Shown here in pieces: positions 42,101 to 55,873 of a DNA stretch of 64,000 bases (the first letter of the stretch is position 1; every line of letters starts with the position of its first letter). Origin of the DNA: the human T2T-CHM13v2.0 reference genome, Homo sapiens. The notes beneath the pieces were generated by a model. The model was not told the origin of the DNA. It searched no databases and saw only the letters and a list, made by a program, of their open reading frames with translations. The stretch lies in the NCBI RefSeq assembly GCF_009914755.1, contig NC_060925.1, one strand, 5' to 3'. The position numbers and the translations under genes were made by a program.

Positions 42101-43272
42101 GACAAAACAGGAAATTCTTTTGGACTACATTGGTCATATTTTTTTTTTTACTTGTAAGCATCTAAAATGGAGTTCTTTTGCTTAAGCAAAGGAAACATTT
42201 ATTGGAAGAATGCTGGGGGTGTCTCAGAGAATCAAAGGAAATGCTGAACTACCAAGATAGGAGGACCCAGGGCAATTCTGGTTTCTTGAAATTCTTCATG
42301 GTCTCTCTTTCACCCTTGAGGACTGCCACAAACATGACTCTTTCCCCAGCAACTCCCAATCTCTTCAGCAACTCATTCCAATTTTCATATTTCTACTAAA
42401 GAGAATCTGACTAAGGTAGCTTGGGTCAGGCTCTGGTGTCTCTGTGGGTTAAGAGGTCACAATACAGACAGGGCCATTGGGGGGGCACCTGAAATTCTTA
42501 AAGCCATGGATGTGTAGTGAGTCGGTCACCCCAGGAGGTGTGATTCAAAGTGAAAAAGGCACCAACCTCTAAAACATTTGTGTAAGTATAGTGTATCTCC
42601 ACAATGAAGTCACAGCTCTTTGAGAGCATGTTTCATGCTTTTTCTGGAAGCAACTTGGACAACAAAAATGCCTGGTTTATAGTAGACGCTGAATAAAGGA
42701 TCATTTCCTTTCACTTTCCCCCATAATCCCTGATATTACAAGTCTCATTACAGGAATAGGGGTGGCAACAACTGAAAGCCAGAATGTTTTGTAAATTTTG
42801 TGCAACCAGATTCACCAAAATTCTCAATATCTACCATATGCCAGGCGTATATTGAATACAATTGACAGAAGAAAATAGTAAATGTTTTTAAGAGCTCACA
42901 GTCTGGCAGGGAAGAGAAGCATGTAGATGACTCACAATAATAGTGAGTTATATGCTGTAGTAGAAATAAGTATAAGATGCCTTAAGAGTATAGGGGAGAG
43001 AGCAACTGAGAGAGTTGGAAGAAGTGACATTTGAGGTGGTGTGTGTGGATGAGTAGGAGTCCTGCAGGGATAAAATGGATGAGGAGAATTCTAAGCCAAA
43101 GGAATAGCATGTTCAATGGTACTGAGGCATAGAAATGCTGAGCTGTGTTCAGGAAACAGCTAAAACCTTCATGTGAATAGACTCCTAGGCATAGACTAGA
43201 ACCATATTTAGTCATTTGATAATAACAATTGAGTACCTGTACTGTGCAGGGTTACTAGGGGGTCAAGGAAAA

Positions 43273-43650
43273 ATGATAAAGAAAATGTGGTATATATGCA
43301 TAATGGAATACTAGTCAGCCAAGAAAAATAATGAAATTATGTCTTTTGCAGCAACATGAATTGGAGGCCATTATTTTAAGTGAAACAACTCAGACACAGA
43401 AAGAAAAATACTGCATCTTCTCACTTACAGGTGAGAACATAATAATGTGTACTCATGGGCTTAGAGTCTGGAATAGTAGACACTGAAGACACAGAAAGGT
43501 GTGGGGTGGCAGGGGGGTGGATAATAAGAAATTACTTAATGGGTACAATGTATGTTATTCCAGTAATCGATACACTAAAAGCCCAGACTTCACCACTACA
43601 CAATATATCCATGTAACAAAATTATACTTATACTCCATAAATTTATACAA
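43273..43650 (+). mobile_element. L1MA-like 3' end
   Basis: gtcttttgcagcaacatg...aaaagcccagacttcaccactacacaatatatccatgtaacaaaa. Confidence 0.88.
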
Positions 43651-43690
43651 ATTTTGTATAATTTTTGTACAAATTTTGTATAAATATCAG

Positions 43691-44162
43691 TGCCAGGCAC
43701 TGTGCTATGGATTTTACATGTTATCTCATTTAAACTGAGGCTGATCTACAATTCTTACAAAGAAAAATGAGATGTACTTCTCACCTTCAGTGGGAAGGGC
43801 AACCACAATGACTATGATTAGATGAGTGCAATACCAGATGGGGACAAAAACTTTCCTGTGAGTTTTTGGGGGAGTTTTAGGGGAGGGGACATTATCTATG
43901 GACTCAGGAAGAGGAGCCCAGAGCTCTAGGCATAGGTTGGAGATTTGAATGCCATGCAAAACTGCTTCAGTTTCTTTATCTTGCAGGTCATAGTGCCCTC
44001 TAAAATTTTTTATACATGTTTGTTAAGCAGGAAGGCTCATTTGCAGAGGTTGCTTTAAAACCTTCTGTCTCAAAAAAGGACAATCCCATTTGTTTTATAC
44101 TTGTTTGCCAGGCACTGTGCTATGGATTTTACATGTTATCTCATTTAAACTGATGCTGATCT
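43691..44162 (+). repeat. 57-bp dispersed direct repeat (56/57 identical)
   Basis: tgccaggcactgtgctatggattttacatgttatctcatttaaactgaKgctgatct at 43691-43747 and 44106-44162. Confidence 0.96.
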
Positions 44163-45865
44163 GCAGGTGGAGAGGGCTGTGTGTCCAACTTTGGAGGTGA
44201 GCAAGGCAGAGAACAGAGAAGAGTGCTGTGTAGTGTCGGTGGGGATGGTTGGGCATGTTAATGCTGTTTTATGTGTAGGGTGCAGGGAATTAAATTCTCA
44301 CAGTTCAGAGAAAGGTCCCTGCCTTGATCAAAATGGCTGCTATTCATTGAGTATGTATGATGAGTCAAAGCCTTAATTACTCCATCAGCCAGAAATATGG
44401 TGAGCTGCAAATCACTTCAACTACCTACAGTCCACTTGTCTCAAGCCGTGAGGAGTCCAAGAAAAGCAGTCCAACAATACCACCAAAGACCCACTCATCG
44501 TTTTTCTAAGACAGCTGTTGCATCTCCAGGTCTCTTTTCCCTATTCCAAGAAGGAAGAAAAGGAGAAGAAAGGCTTTTACCAAAAAGGTTTAGCTTTCTT
44601 ATTCAGGACCAGAAACCCTTCCCTGAGACTTATGCTTACATTTCATTGGCCAGAACAATGTCATGTGGCCACCCCCAGGTGCTAGGGAGACTGGAAAATT
44701 GAATGTTTTAATAGGGTGTATGTGCTGCCTCCTCCACCCTAAATTAGGCATGAGTCACTGAGGAAGAAGGGGGATATGGGTAGCAAGTAGGCAACATATA
44801 TAATCTCATTCCATGCTTCCAACAGTTCTGTGAAGTAAAGTTATCTACATTCTACAGATAGGAATATGAATGCAGAGAGGAAAGTAAATTGCCCAAAGTC
44901 ACCCAAATAGTGAGTCATGGAATAGAGATTTTAAAACAGGCCTATATCATTCCAACTGAAAGGATTATTTTATGATATCATCCTGTCTCCCTTAGCTGTG
45001 TGAACTTGAAGAATTTACCAAACCTCCCTGAGCCTCAATTTAAGATCCGTAAAATTAGAATAATCATCCCTGACTCAAAGCTTCCTGAAGCATCAAGTTA
45101 CATGCAAAGGGTTGGAAAGGATAATATCAATGGGACCCCAATTATTATTGATTTACCATTTGCCAAAATGTCTCATCTAAAGTTGACAAGCAATGAAGGT
45201 TCTCTGAACACAGCATGAACATTGGTATTTGGGGTTGGCACCAGTAAAATCTCTTCACTGGCATTTCCTATTTGGGCCTCATTATGGATTCCCAGGAATT
45301 TCCACTGGCTGGATTTCCTTTGTCCACCTCAATAGCTGCATATGCAGATGAGTTATGAGCCACATTCCACAGCAGGTCAGATGAAAACAATGTGCAAACT
45401 ATCCATTGTAGCTTTCTTGCCTTCTTTCCCCATGGCTGCTCCCCAACTAGAGCTAAACCCAGGCTGTTCCTTAGACTGTGCTTCTGGTGCCCCCTCCCAA
45501 GATGGAATAAACTGTCTGAACACCAAGGAAGTCATCCTGCTGCAGACGCACCACAGCTCACATGGTTTCGTGCCTCTCGGATTGGGCTCTTGTGTGTCTC
45601 TGCCTGGAAGGCTTTGCCGTCATTGTTCTCCCAGTCAAGGCCCAGGCAAAATCTTAGGTATCCCATTTCAGTGACACCTTTCCCCACTCTTCCTGGTGGG
45701 ATTTTGTTGTTGTTACATTTTTTTCTCTATTACCAAAGGGCTTTGTCCATACTTGTGTTACACATAGCACTGTCATCACATCAAGAGTCTGGCTTTGCTT
45801 TTACTGAACACCAGGATTTTGAAAAAGAACAAATAAAGTAATAGTGATAACCCCAAAAAATGTGA

Positions 45866-46255
45866 TGCTGTGGTATGAATGTTTGTGCCCCTAGCCCCCA
45901 AAATCATATGATGAAATCTTGACCTTCAAAATATTAGTATTGGTATTGGTATTAGTATTGGTATTAGGAGGTGGGGACTTTGAAAGATGATTAGGTCATG
46001 AGTGTGGAGCCCTCATGATTAGAATTAGTGTCCTTATGAAAGAAACTGAAGAGAGCTCCTTTGTCCCTTCCACCATGTGAGGATACAGTTAGGAGGTGAG
46101 ATCAATGAGGAAGCATGCCCTTGCCAGACACCAAATCTGCTGGCATTTGATCTTGGACTTCCCAGCCTTCAGAACCATGAGAAATAAATGTTTATTGTTT
46201 ACAAACTACCTAGTTTATGGTATTTTTGTCATAGCAGCCCGAACACACTAAAACA
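45866..46255 (+). mobile_element. MST/MLT1A-type solo LTR with internal (TATTRG)n expansion
   Basis: tgctgtggtatgaatgtttgtgcccc...ttggacttcccagcc...ctaaaaca; hexamer run ~45933-45967. Confidence 0.85.
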
Positions 46256-46907
46256 TTCATGTACATTATAATAGAAGAAAGCAAGGATGAGATGGGAATC
46301 AAAAATATAAATGAAAAAAATTATATTCTCCTTTCCCTTCCCATCTGTATCCCCGACAGCCACTTAGTTATTTCTCTGGTGTGGCACAAGCAAGGACCAA
46401 TCCAAGCAGGCAAAGAACTAGAGCAGAGTGCTAGAGGCCTCCTGTGCAGCCAAGGTTCATTTTCTTAGGGCTACAGTCTGGTCATCTTTTTGTGTCAATA
46501 CATACAGACCTATTCTATTTGTTTTCGTTGCTCCCTAACTATTGCATGAATATACCATGAAATTTTTAGGCCATTTTCCTACCTTGGAAGCATCCAGTGT
46601 TTCACTGTTACAAATGTTGCTGGAATGAATCTGCTTGAAAATATATTTGTGAGCACACGTGCTGGTATTTCTGAGTGATAGAATCCTAGAAACAAGGTTT
46701 GGGTGGAGACTCCAAAGTTGTACTCCCACTTAATAGGACATAAGCATACATGTTTCCCCAAAGCCCCACTGAAATTAGATATTGTTGATTGTATTAACTT
46801 TTGTAAACGTTGAAAAACTATCTCATTACTTAGTTTGAATTTCTTTAATGATCAATTCAGTTGAGCTTTGTTCTATATGTTTATAGGGGTTTTATTTTTC
46901 TCCTGTG

Positions 46908-47400
46908 CTGCGACTACTAGCATCAGGATCTTGATTGCAATAATCAGGGAGTTCCCCTCAGTCCTGAGGCCTGACTCCAACAATACCCCATGAAATTTTT
47001 CAACACAAGAATATGTGAGAAGAACAAAAGAATTTGTTAAGAATGGCTGAGCCAGCACTCTGGGATTAGAGCCTCAAGAAGTTTTCCTTTGCCGTTTACT
47101 GGGCATATCCATGTGTGACAATCACATGTACCATTCACTGAGGTTCTAGTGGCAACTTCTAGACCAAACACTTTAAACATGTATTAAGGGTCTTCCGCTT
47201 AGGTAGGGAAGGGAAGGGTCTTACATTTTCTAGTTTGGGGGCTTCTGGGGCTTTGCAGGGTTTTCTGTTATTTTTTTGGTTGTTGTGTACATTGCTGTTG
47301 TCTTTGCTTTGTGCCAGTCTGGCAGAGTATCTTCCATGTGAAATGACGTCTAGTTCTGCAACATTCTGATGGGGGATGTCACCTTCTCAATTCAGAGCCT
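46908..47400 (-). mobile_element. Old ERVL-class LTR (MER54/MER74-like)
   Basis: gggagttcccctcagtcctgaggcctgactccaacaatacc...acacaagaatatgtgagaagaacaaaag. Confidence 0.45.
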
Positions 47401-47640
47401 TTTCTATTAAATACGGTCTATTGCCTTTGCATAAGAAGTCAATTTTATTTCATTTCAAATTCAAGGAGCACCTACTCTGTGCTAAACTTTGGGAATACAA
47501 AATTAGATTACACTAAGTCCCTATTTCAGGAAAGCCTCCAGTCTGGTGGAGCTGAAAGGGAAATATCATGGTCATATAATCAAGATGGAGTGATGCTTGG
47601 GATTCTCTGGGAAGATAGGACCAATTCCCTGCTTTCCAGT

Positions 47641-47998
47641 TGCTGTGATCTGAGTGTTTATGTTCTCCCCAAATCCATATGTTGAAATCCTGACCCCCAA
47701 GGTGATGGCATTAAGAGGTGGGGCATTTGGGAGGTGATTGTGTCCTGAGAGCACAGCCCTTGTGAATAGGATTAGTCCCTTATAAAAGAAATCTGGAAAG
47801 ATTTCTCACTTCTTCCATTCTTGTGAGTTTACAGTGAGAAGATACCCATCAATGAGAAAGCCTTTACCAGACACCAAATCTACAGGCACCTTAATCTTGC
47901 ACTTCCCAACCTACAGAACTATGAAAAAAAAAAGTTTGTTGTTTATAAGCCACCCCATTTATGGTATTTTGTTATAGTAGCCCAAACTGACTAAGATA
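47641..47998 (+). mobile_element. MST/MLT1A-type solo LTR
   Basis: tgctgtgatctgagtg...gactaagata; TSD ccagt/ctagt. Confidence 0.87.
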
Positions 47999-50900
47999 CT
48001 AGTGAGCAGGTAATAGAAACTCTATGTGCCTCAGTTTCTTCATTTGTAATACATAGAACATAATAACACAACTGATAAGGTTATTACGAGTACTAAATGA
48101 ATTATCCAAATAAAGTACCCAGAGCATGTTGTGTAGTAAGTGATCAATGTGTTAGTTTTTAGTGTTATTATCACTGTTTTTCTTAAGTATTATTATTATT
48201 ATTATACTACAAAAAGGGATCTCACTCAATCTAGAGGTTACTGGAGAAGGTGCTGGCAGGGTCAAGTTTTGAAGAGCAGAGAAAGTGGATTTAGCCTTGA
48301 TTGAGAGATGAAATGTTTTATTTATTATTTTGAGGTGCACAGTGACAACAGGTTGGACATTTAACCTCCATGATCTCATATACAAATGACAATGCTCAGA
48401 CAGAGAGGTCACATAACTTGTCCAAGGTTACACAACTAGTTAACTGTTGGTGTTAAGACTTGAATGTATAGTATTTTTATTTCCTCTATTTTATAGATAA
48501 CAGTGAAGTGCAGAGAGGCATTGGGGATCAAAATTTAAATCCATGTTTCTCAAAGTCCTGAATCCATGTTCTTCCCACTACCCTAAGCTTCCCACCTAGT
48601 GGAATATATTCATCTTGTTTCTTTCAGATGTTGCAACAAGACATTAGGCTTCTTTACGATTTGGTTTTCTTATTTCTAAATCGCGCCTCTCTACACCTCT
48701 CCTCTGTGCAGACTGCCCCTGTTTCAGCCTCCAGGAGAGTCTGTGACAAGGAGTGGGCTCCCTCTGCAAGGTGCTTGGATTCCTCTGAAGAAAGAAAGCA
48801 AGGAAACATGAAGTATGGTGATGGTGGCATTTTCAAGGGCGGGTGATGAATGGAAACTTCCTGACATTTCAAGCGACAACATCTGAAAGGAAATGGAATT
48901 TTCCTGAAGCACAGGCAGGAGGTCCCCGTCACAAGCTATTGATTTGGTGTGCACATCTTGCATTTAATCTGGTGATTAATTTGGAGGGAGGCTGCATGCA
49001 TGCTGTGCTTTCATTTAGTGAGTTTAAAAGCCCACAACTTCTGATTTATTTTGCTTCATTCATGAGGAGCTGTTTTATTGCAAAGGGTTGAATGACAGGT
49101 TTCCTGGCAGGCTGTAAAGACAGGTAAAATTTAAATAAGGAACATAAAATCTTTGAAGACACTCTATTTATCTTTTGTAACTTATTAATCACACCTATTG
49201 AAGGCTGGTTGACCCTCCGGGAATAGTTCAGCAAAGAAAAACTATTGAGCATGTTAAGCTTGCCAATCCCTTGCTTTTCTTTTTCTTCATTTAGAGATGA
49301 GAAAACTAAGGACCTAAAATAAGACTTTACTTGCTAAGTCATACCATGAGTTGGAACTGAAATTAACTCCTAGCTCTGCCCTGTGACTTCAAGACCACCA
49401 AAATACAAGAAGTATGTGTAGAGCTCGAAATATGTTCCTAAAATATTCAAAGTATTTTAATAATAAATTGAGAATTAACATAAGCACTCTCTAACTAACA
49501 TCTTATCAATGGCTCCCCATTGCCTGAAGAACAAACTTTAAGAGCCAGCCTCCACTTACTTGGCAAGTTCCATTTCTTTTCCCCCTTGAACTCACCTCCG
49601 TCCATATGAAACGACTTTACCTTTTCCCAAGTAGAATATGGTCCTTCTTATTGCTGGGCTGTTGCAAATGCTGTCCACTTGCCTGGATGTTTTTCCTGGA
49701 AGGAAGTAAAGAAGGGAGAAAGGGAGGAAGGGAAGAGGGAAGGAAGGACCGAGAACATGGGTTTACAGCTCATTTTATTAGCAGGCATTGCCTCTTTGGG
49801 TTGGTGCTCATTCCAGCAATTCAAACTACCTCTGACCCACAAGAATTTTAATTTCTCTACTGTGACTTTATCATTTACCTGAGGTTCTCCCATTGTAATC
49901 TTTGGGTATGACATGGCTCCACTTATTCCAAGAAGTTACCATATTTCTCTTGGCTAAAGCTCCCCAACTCCTAAAAACCCAAGAAACTCTCTCTCTTTGA
50001 TTCCTTAGTAGGTTGGAAAAAATCTCCCCCATCTATAGCACATGGATTCCAAGAAATCAAACCAAAACTATACTGAGAGGTTCTGAAGGGGGAAAATGTA
50101 GGTGGGCCTCATTATCTTGAAGGATGGCGCAAACTCAAACAGCAGGCATTTCCAAAAGGGGCTGGGGACACATGCAGAACATGATATAAAAATGTCAGAT
50201 TATTAAAGAGTAGCTAGAGATAACAGGGTCAGGGTTAAGGGTGAGCATGGAAAACATGTCTTAGACTGTGTGTTGGCATCATGGAAAAGAAAATTCTAAG
50301 ATAAAGAGTGGAGGAATGGGATATTGGAAGAATTGAAGAACAGGGCACTTTGTTCATTTAATAGCACATTTTATTGAGCACCTACTATGTAACAGGGCCT
50401 GCTCTGTGAGCTCAATATGCAGGAGGAAAGAAAATGTGATCAAAAGACAGCTTTTGATGGAATTCAGTCTCATGGAAATCTGGACTTCAACTTCAGTTCT
50501 GTCACTCATTACCTTTTTGACCTCACATTGTTTGTTTCAGTTTCCTCATTTGTACAATATGTGTACTCTTTTCTGTGTCTTGATGGCCTGCTATGCTGTT
50601 GTGCCAGGAGCCGTGCTAAACCCTGGACACACAACAGTGAACTAGACAGACACAGTACCTGTGCACCCCTACCCTCACCCACCAGAAGCTTATTGAGTAA
50701 AGGCAGGGACTGACATGTTACCACAATAAAGCATTTGCTGTGGGAGGATCTAGCAGAGCTGAGATGGCATTTCACATACATGGGCTCTTAGGATTCAATT
50801 AGATAAATGATTTTAATGGGCCACCATGATTTCTACAAGAGCACAGGCTCTAGAACCAGACAGCATGAGTTCAAATTCCAACTTTGTTAGTAAATCCCAA

Positions 50901-52076
50901 TTATTTACTAACTATATCATGTAAGGAAGTGTCTAAGTCTCTCTTTTTTCTCATCAGTAATAAGGGGATAATAAGAGTAATTAATTCATGTAGTTGTTAA
51001 AAAGATTAAATTAGTTAATATATGTAAAAAGTTTAAAATAATATCTGGCACAAAAGTACACAATTAATAATAATAATTATCTTTATCATTATGATTGACA
51101 CAGACCCTGGCTCATAGTGGGTGCTCACAATTGCTAGTTCCTGTCCTCTGCTACATGGCTCTTCTTAAAATCCCATAGGCCTAGCAGAACAGTGGCCCAT
51201 GTTTCATATTTCATCATATGTCAAAGGCCCAAATTGGTAACTACAGAAAGGATTGTTCTCAGTATCACTTATAATTTATTCCTGTCTGAGCAAGTTGCCT
51301 TGTTGAGCCTTTGAAGAGCACAAGGGTCTTCCCTGTAGGGTGGACTAGAGACTAAAGTAAGATTGTCAGGGAATTAGAGCCGCAGGAACAAGAGAACCTG
51401 GAAAAAAAAACTTGGGTCCCAGATGGATGACAGCTGGCTGTCTTCAAGGAGACCCTTGGAGGAAAAGGCCACATTTTGTCATTCAACCACAAGCATGGTA
51501 TTTGGAGTCTTATACACTTGGGGTCACTGCTTGACTCCACACTTACAAAGCCATGTAGTCTTCTGGGTCATTTGAGAGTTGGGAAGGATCATGTCTATAT
51601 CATATGATTGCTAGGAAGGTTATATGGAATGACTAGTTTTTAAATGCCTGGAAGTTAATAGAACTATTGTCCAGCCTTGTCATCAAATAATGATGCTGAC
51701 ATTATCCTTAGCACTGAGTGGTACTTATGGTACTGATGGTCAAACAAACTTCCTCCTCCAATGCTAGTAAGACTAGTATACCCTACAGAAAATAAGGTCT
51801 CAGAATTAGGGACCCAAACTCCATGAATACAGGAACTGGTGAGTCTTGTTTCTTGTTGTATCCCCCAGATGATCCTCAGCGTTCAGCAGTAATGCAATAA
51901 ATGCTTCCTGAATGGATAAACTGTAAGAGGGACAGGCATAAAAATGTAGCATGTCTGGAAAGAGGCCAGCATGGTAATGGGACTCAAAACCACATTGCAT
52001 AAGGCACATTGGTGGAAGTCGGGCCACACAACTAGCGATGGAAGACTGGGGCATTGAGGTCTTCCGAAAGACGGTT

Positions 52077-52585
52077 GTATCAGTCAGGGCTTAACCAGCA
52101 AAGCAGAATCATAGGAGAGATGGTTGGTTGATTGACTGATTGATTGGCTGATAGATGAATGAAAGGATGAATGATAGATAAATGCATAGATAATTAAATA
52201 AAATTAAATAACTTATCATTATTATTGTTTCAAGTATTATTAATTATCCTATGCAATTTGGGAAGCTGACTAAGCCACAGGGAAAACAATCAGGAAGGGA
52301 AGACGCACAGGGAAGAGAGAACAATTGCAAGTCCAGCTGCACTTGACACACTCAAAATCAACTGAATAGGAACTTTAATTACATCTGCAAATCCCCTTCA
52401 CTGCAGCACCTAGATTAGTGTGTGATTGAATCCCTGGGGGATGGTGTGCATATGCTATAAAGTGGTCTCTGCCTCCCATCCAACCTGCAACTCTCATGGA
52501 AGACTATCTCTTATGGCCCACCCTAACAAGAAACAGACAAGAGAGGGAATTCTGGGGTGGGTGGCTTGGCCTAGCCAAGCTGATG
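52077..52585 (-). mobile_element. MLT2-like LTR remnant with internal TTGA/TGAA/TAGA repeats
   Basis: tgtatcagtcagggcttaaccag...; acatctgcaaatccccttcactgcagcacctagattagtgtgtgattgaa. Confidence 0.55.
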
Positions 52586-53356
52586 TTTTTCCTCTATGTT
52601 CCAAAACATTGATGCTTTTCCTCTATTTCCCAAAGCCCTCACAGTAGTCATAAGGAAAAGGGAGCAAATTCCTATTCCTCAAAGACAGAATAAGGCTTAA
52701 TGGGTGGGAATTTTGAGGAAAAGATATAGACCCATTTGAAGAAAGAACTTCATAATAAGTGAGAATAGGTGGCTAGAAGAGGTATGTGAGCAGAACTGAA
52801 TCCTTGATATTGGCAGAATGGTTGGGATTCTGTAAAGAATCCTCCCATTCCCAAGACTCTGAGCCCACAAATCAGAGACATAGGCTCTAGGGCTGATACC
52901 ACTATTCACATGCAGGCTCAGTCACCATTGTATGACCCTCTGCGTGCCAGGCATGGTGCTTGGCACCATAAGACCTTAGGCAGGAAGACCAGATGATGCC
53001 TGACTCACTGGTTTCAACATCTAATGAATCTTTTCCTAGGGATTGAGAAGGTGCTGCCCACATTCTTAAAATTACATCTCAGCAAAGGCACGACAGTTAA
53101 AATCATGTATGCCAATCTGAGGCAGCACCAAATTGGTGGGTCACGTGGCCTAGGGAAAGAGCTTAGCCTGCACCTCTTGGGCAAACACACAGGCAGCTTG
53201 ATTGCATGTGTCAGTCTGCAGTGAAGCAAGACTTCTAAATTCTGTGTGAGGATATTGATTCTCTCCAAATTTCAAAAATAGTTTCTACGCCCCTTTCACC
53301 ACTCAATACGTTTGCACCTGCTGTCATTTCCTCTTCCTAAACTGCTCTTCTAGCCT

Positions 53357-53865
53357 GTTCTAGGTATCTACTGCCGTGTAACAAGGCACCCCAAAATGTA
53401 GTGGTTTAAAACAAACAAACAAAAAAAGCCATGTATTTTGTTCAAAAATCCGTGGTTCAGGCAGGCTGAGAGGGAACAGCTGACACTCAGTGTCAGCTGC
53501 GGTGGCTCAAGGGCTGGGGGCTGGAATTATCCACCATCTCCATCTATTGCTATGATTTCTCCATGTGGCAGCTACAGGGTTGCTGGACTCCTCACATGTT
53601 GGCTCAGGGTTCCAGAGGGGTATATCCTGAGAGAGAAAGAGCCAAGCAGAGGCCTTATGGCCTTTTGGTGACCCAGCCTCAGAAGTCTCATGCATCATTT
53701 CTGCTGCACTGTCTGGGTGGAAGAAGTCACACGCCCCCACCCAGATTCAGAAGGGAACACAGACCCCCCCACTTCTCTGTGGGAAGCATGCCAGTCCCAT
53801 TGTAAGAGCATGTGGGATGGGAGATATATCTTGGTGAGTCCATCTTCGGAAAGTACAATCTGCAC
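53357..53865 (-). mobile_element. MLT1F/G-like LTR
   Basis: tatctactgccgtgtaacaaggcaccccaaaatgtagtggtttaaaac...gccttttggtgacccagcctcagaagtc...ccatcttcggaaagtacaatctg. Confidence 0.75.
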
Positions 53866-55376
53866 CTACTCTTTTTCTATCTGAGAAACACTTCTTATAT
53901 TTCAAGACCTAACTCAAATATCCCTTCTTTAAAAAAAAGCATCCCTAGCTCTCCCGGAGCAAGATACCTCCTCCCTGCAGCCCTATAAGCACTTTGTATG
54001 TCTGCTTTCAAAGTACTTTGTACCCTAAAATGGCATTCTTTGTCACTTTCTGGAGACTGTGAACCATGAGCTCTTCAAGGTGTGTGGTGGTATTTCTATA
54101 TCCCAGGCTTTCAGCATTGGGATAATGCTTACTTAGGAAATAGTTGTTACTGCAGGCTAAGGTTTCTCGTACACCCTGGACTATCTACATCAGAATGCCT
54201 GAGTGCTTGCTCAAAACGCAGACTCCTGGGCCCACATCCCTCTAGGTTAGACCCAGGTGAGACTCAGTGCCCTATGTCTCCCTTAAATGGGTCAGTCCCC
54301 TGGAGGAGGTGGCAGAGGCCATAGAAGGGAGAGAATCCTGGTGGTTGCAAAGTTGGTACATTATTTCACCCTCTACCAGCAGGCTCCTTCACCATCCCCA
54401 CCTCCTCCTTGGCTCTCCCCACCCCCTCCTTGGCTCCCCCAACCCCCACGCATCCTGTCACATCCCAGATCAGAACCATTCTGGAAGCAGTATTTGCTAG
54501 TTTGACATTTCAAAATAGCATCATGGAAGCTAAAGATAGCTAGGTTACAAGGGAGGTTAAACATCTTGCCAAATGACACTGAGCAAATTAGGTCTTCTCC
54601 ATGTTGATCCAGAGAGTACACTGATGTTTTTCCTCTATTTGGAGGAGTAGAAGCATTGGACGAAGAGGAGAAAAGAGATTGAACCAAGAGCCAAAGCGCA
54701 GAACCTGTCTCAATTCAGCGGACAGTAAAGGAGTGCATGTATTTCAAAGTCTCAGTTACCAGACTCTGCTTTCTCTAGTTGTCTGAGACAGAAAGCCTGA
54801 CATAGTAAAACCCTGCTCTCCGGACTATCTATACAGCCCCCGTGTTCTCTTGTGCATCTGGCTTCTGCTCAGACAAACATAGCCAGGAGTTATTTGAGTT
54901 GAGGAAGCAGTTTGTGCATCTGAGACAGTTAAGAAAAAAAGTCACTACCCTTTTACTTCCTTTTCTTTTCTTCCTGTCTCACCACATTTCAACTAAATTT
55001 TCCAAAGCCACAAACATATGACTGTGGATGTGCAGAGTTGGAGGCCAGAGCCTGGGGTCTATGGAGAGACATGGTGTTCCCCAGAGATCAAGCATTTACG
55101 AAGACGTCAGCTTGTATAAATAATAACACGTACCATTTAGGAACTGTTCACCATTTGCCAAGGACTCAGCTAAGCCTTTCACATACTTTACTGCATTTAC
55201 TATCACAATAATCCTACGAGTTAGGTAGCATTATCCTCCCATTATAGAGGAGGGATTGAGGGTCAGGGAGGTTAAGCAACTTGCTTTGGGTGCCATAGCT
55301 AGTAGACTACAGAATTGAGATTCAGCTCAGCATGTCTGACTCCAAAGCCTGCTTTCTTCCCAACCATGTTAGATCA

Positions 55377-55853
<477 letters not shown>

Positions 55854-55862
55854 TCACTCTCA

Positions 55863-55873
55863 GTGACTCAGCA
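55863..55873 (+). promoter_or_regulatory. Consensus antioxidant response element (NRF2/sMAF, embeds AP-1)
   Basis: GTGACTCAGCA; second TGAGTCA at 55971. Confidence 0.45.
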
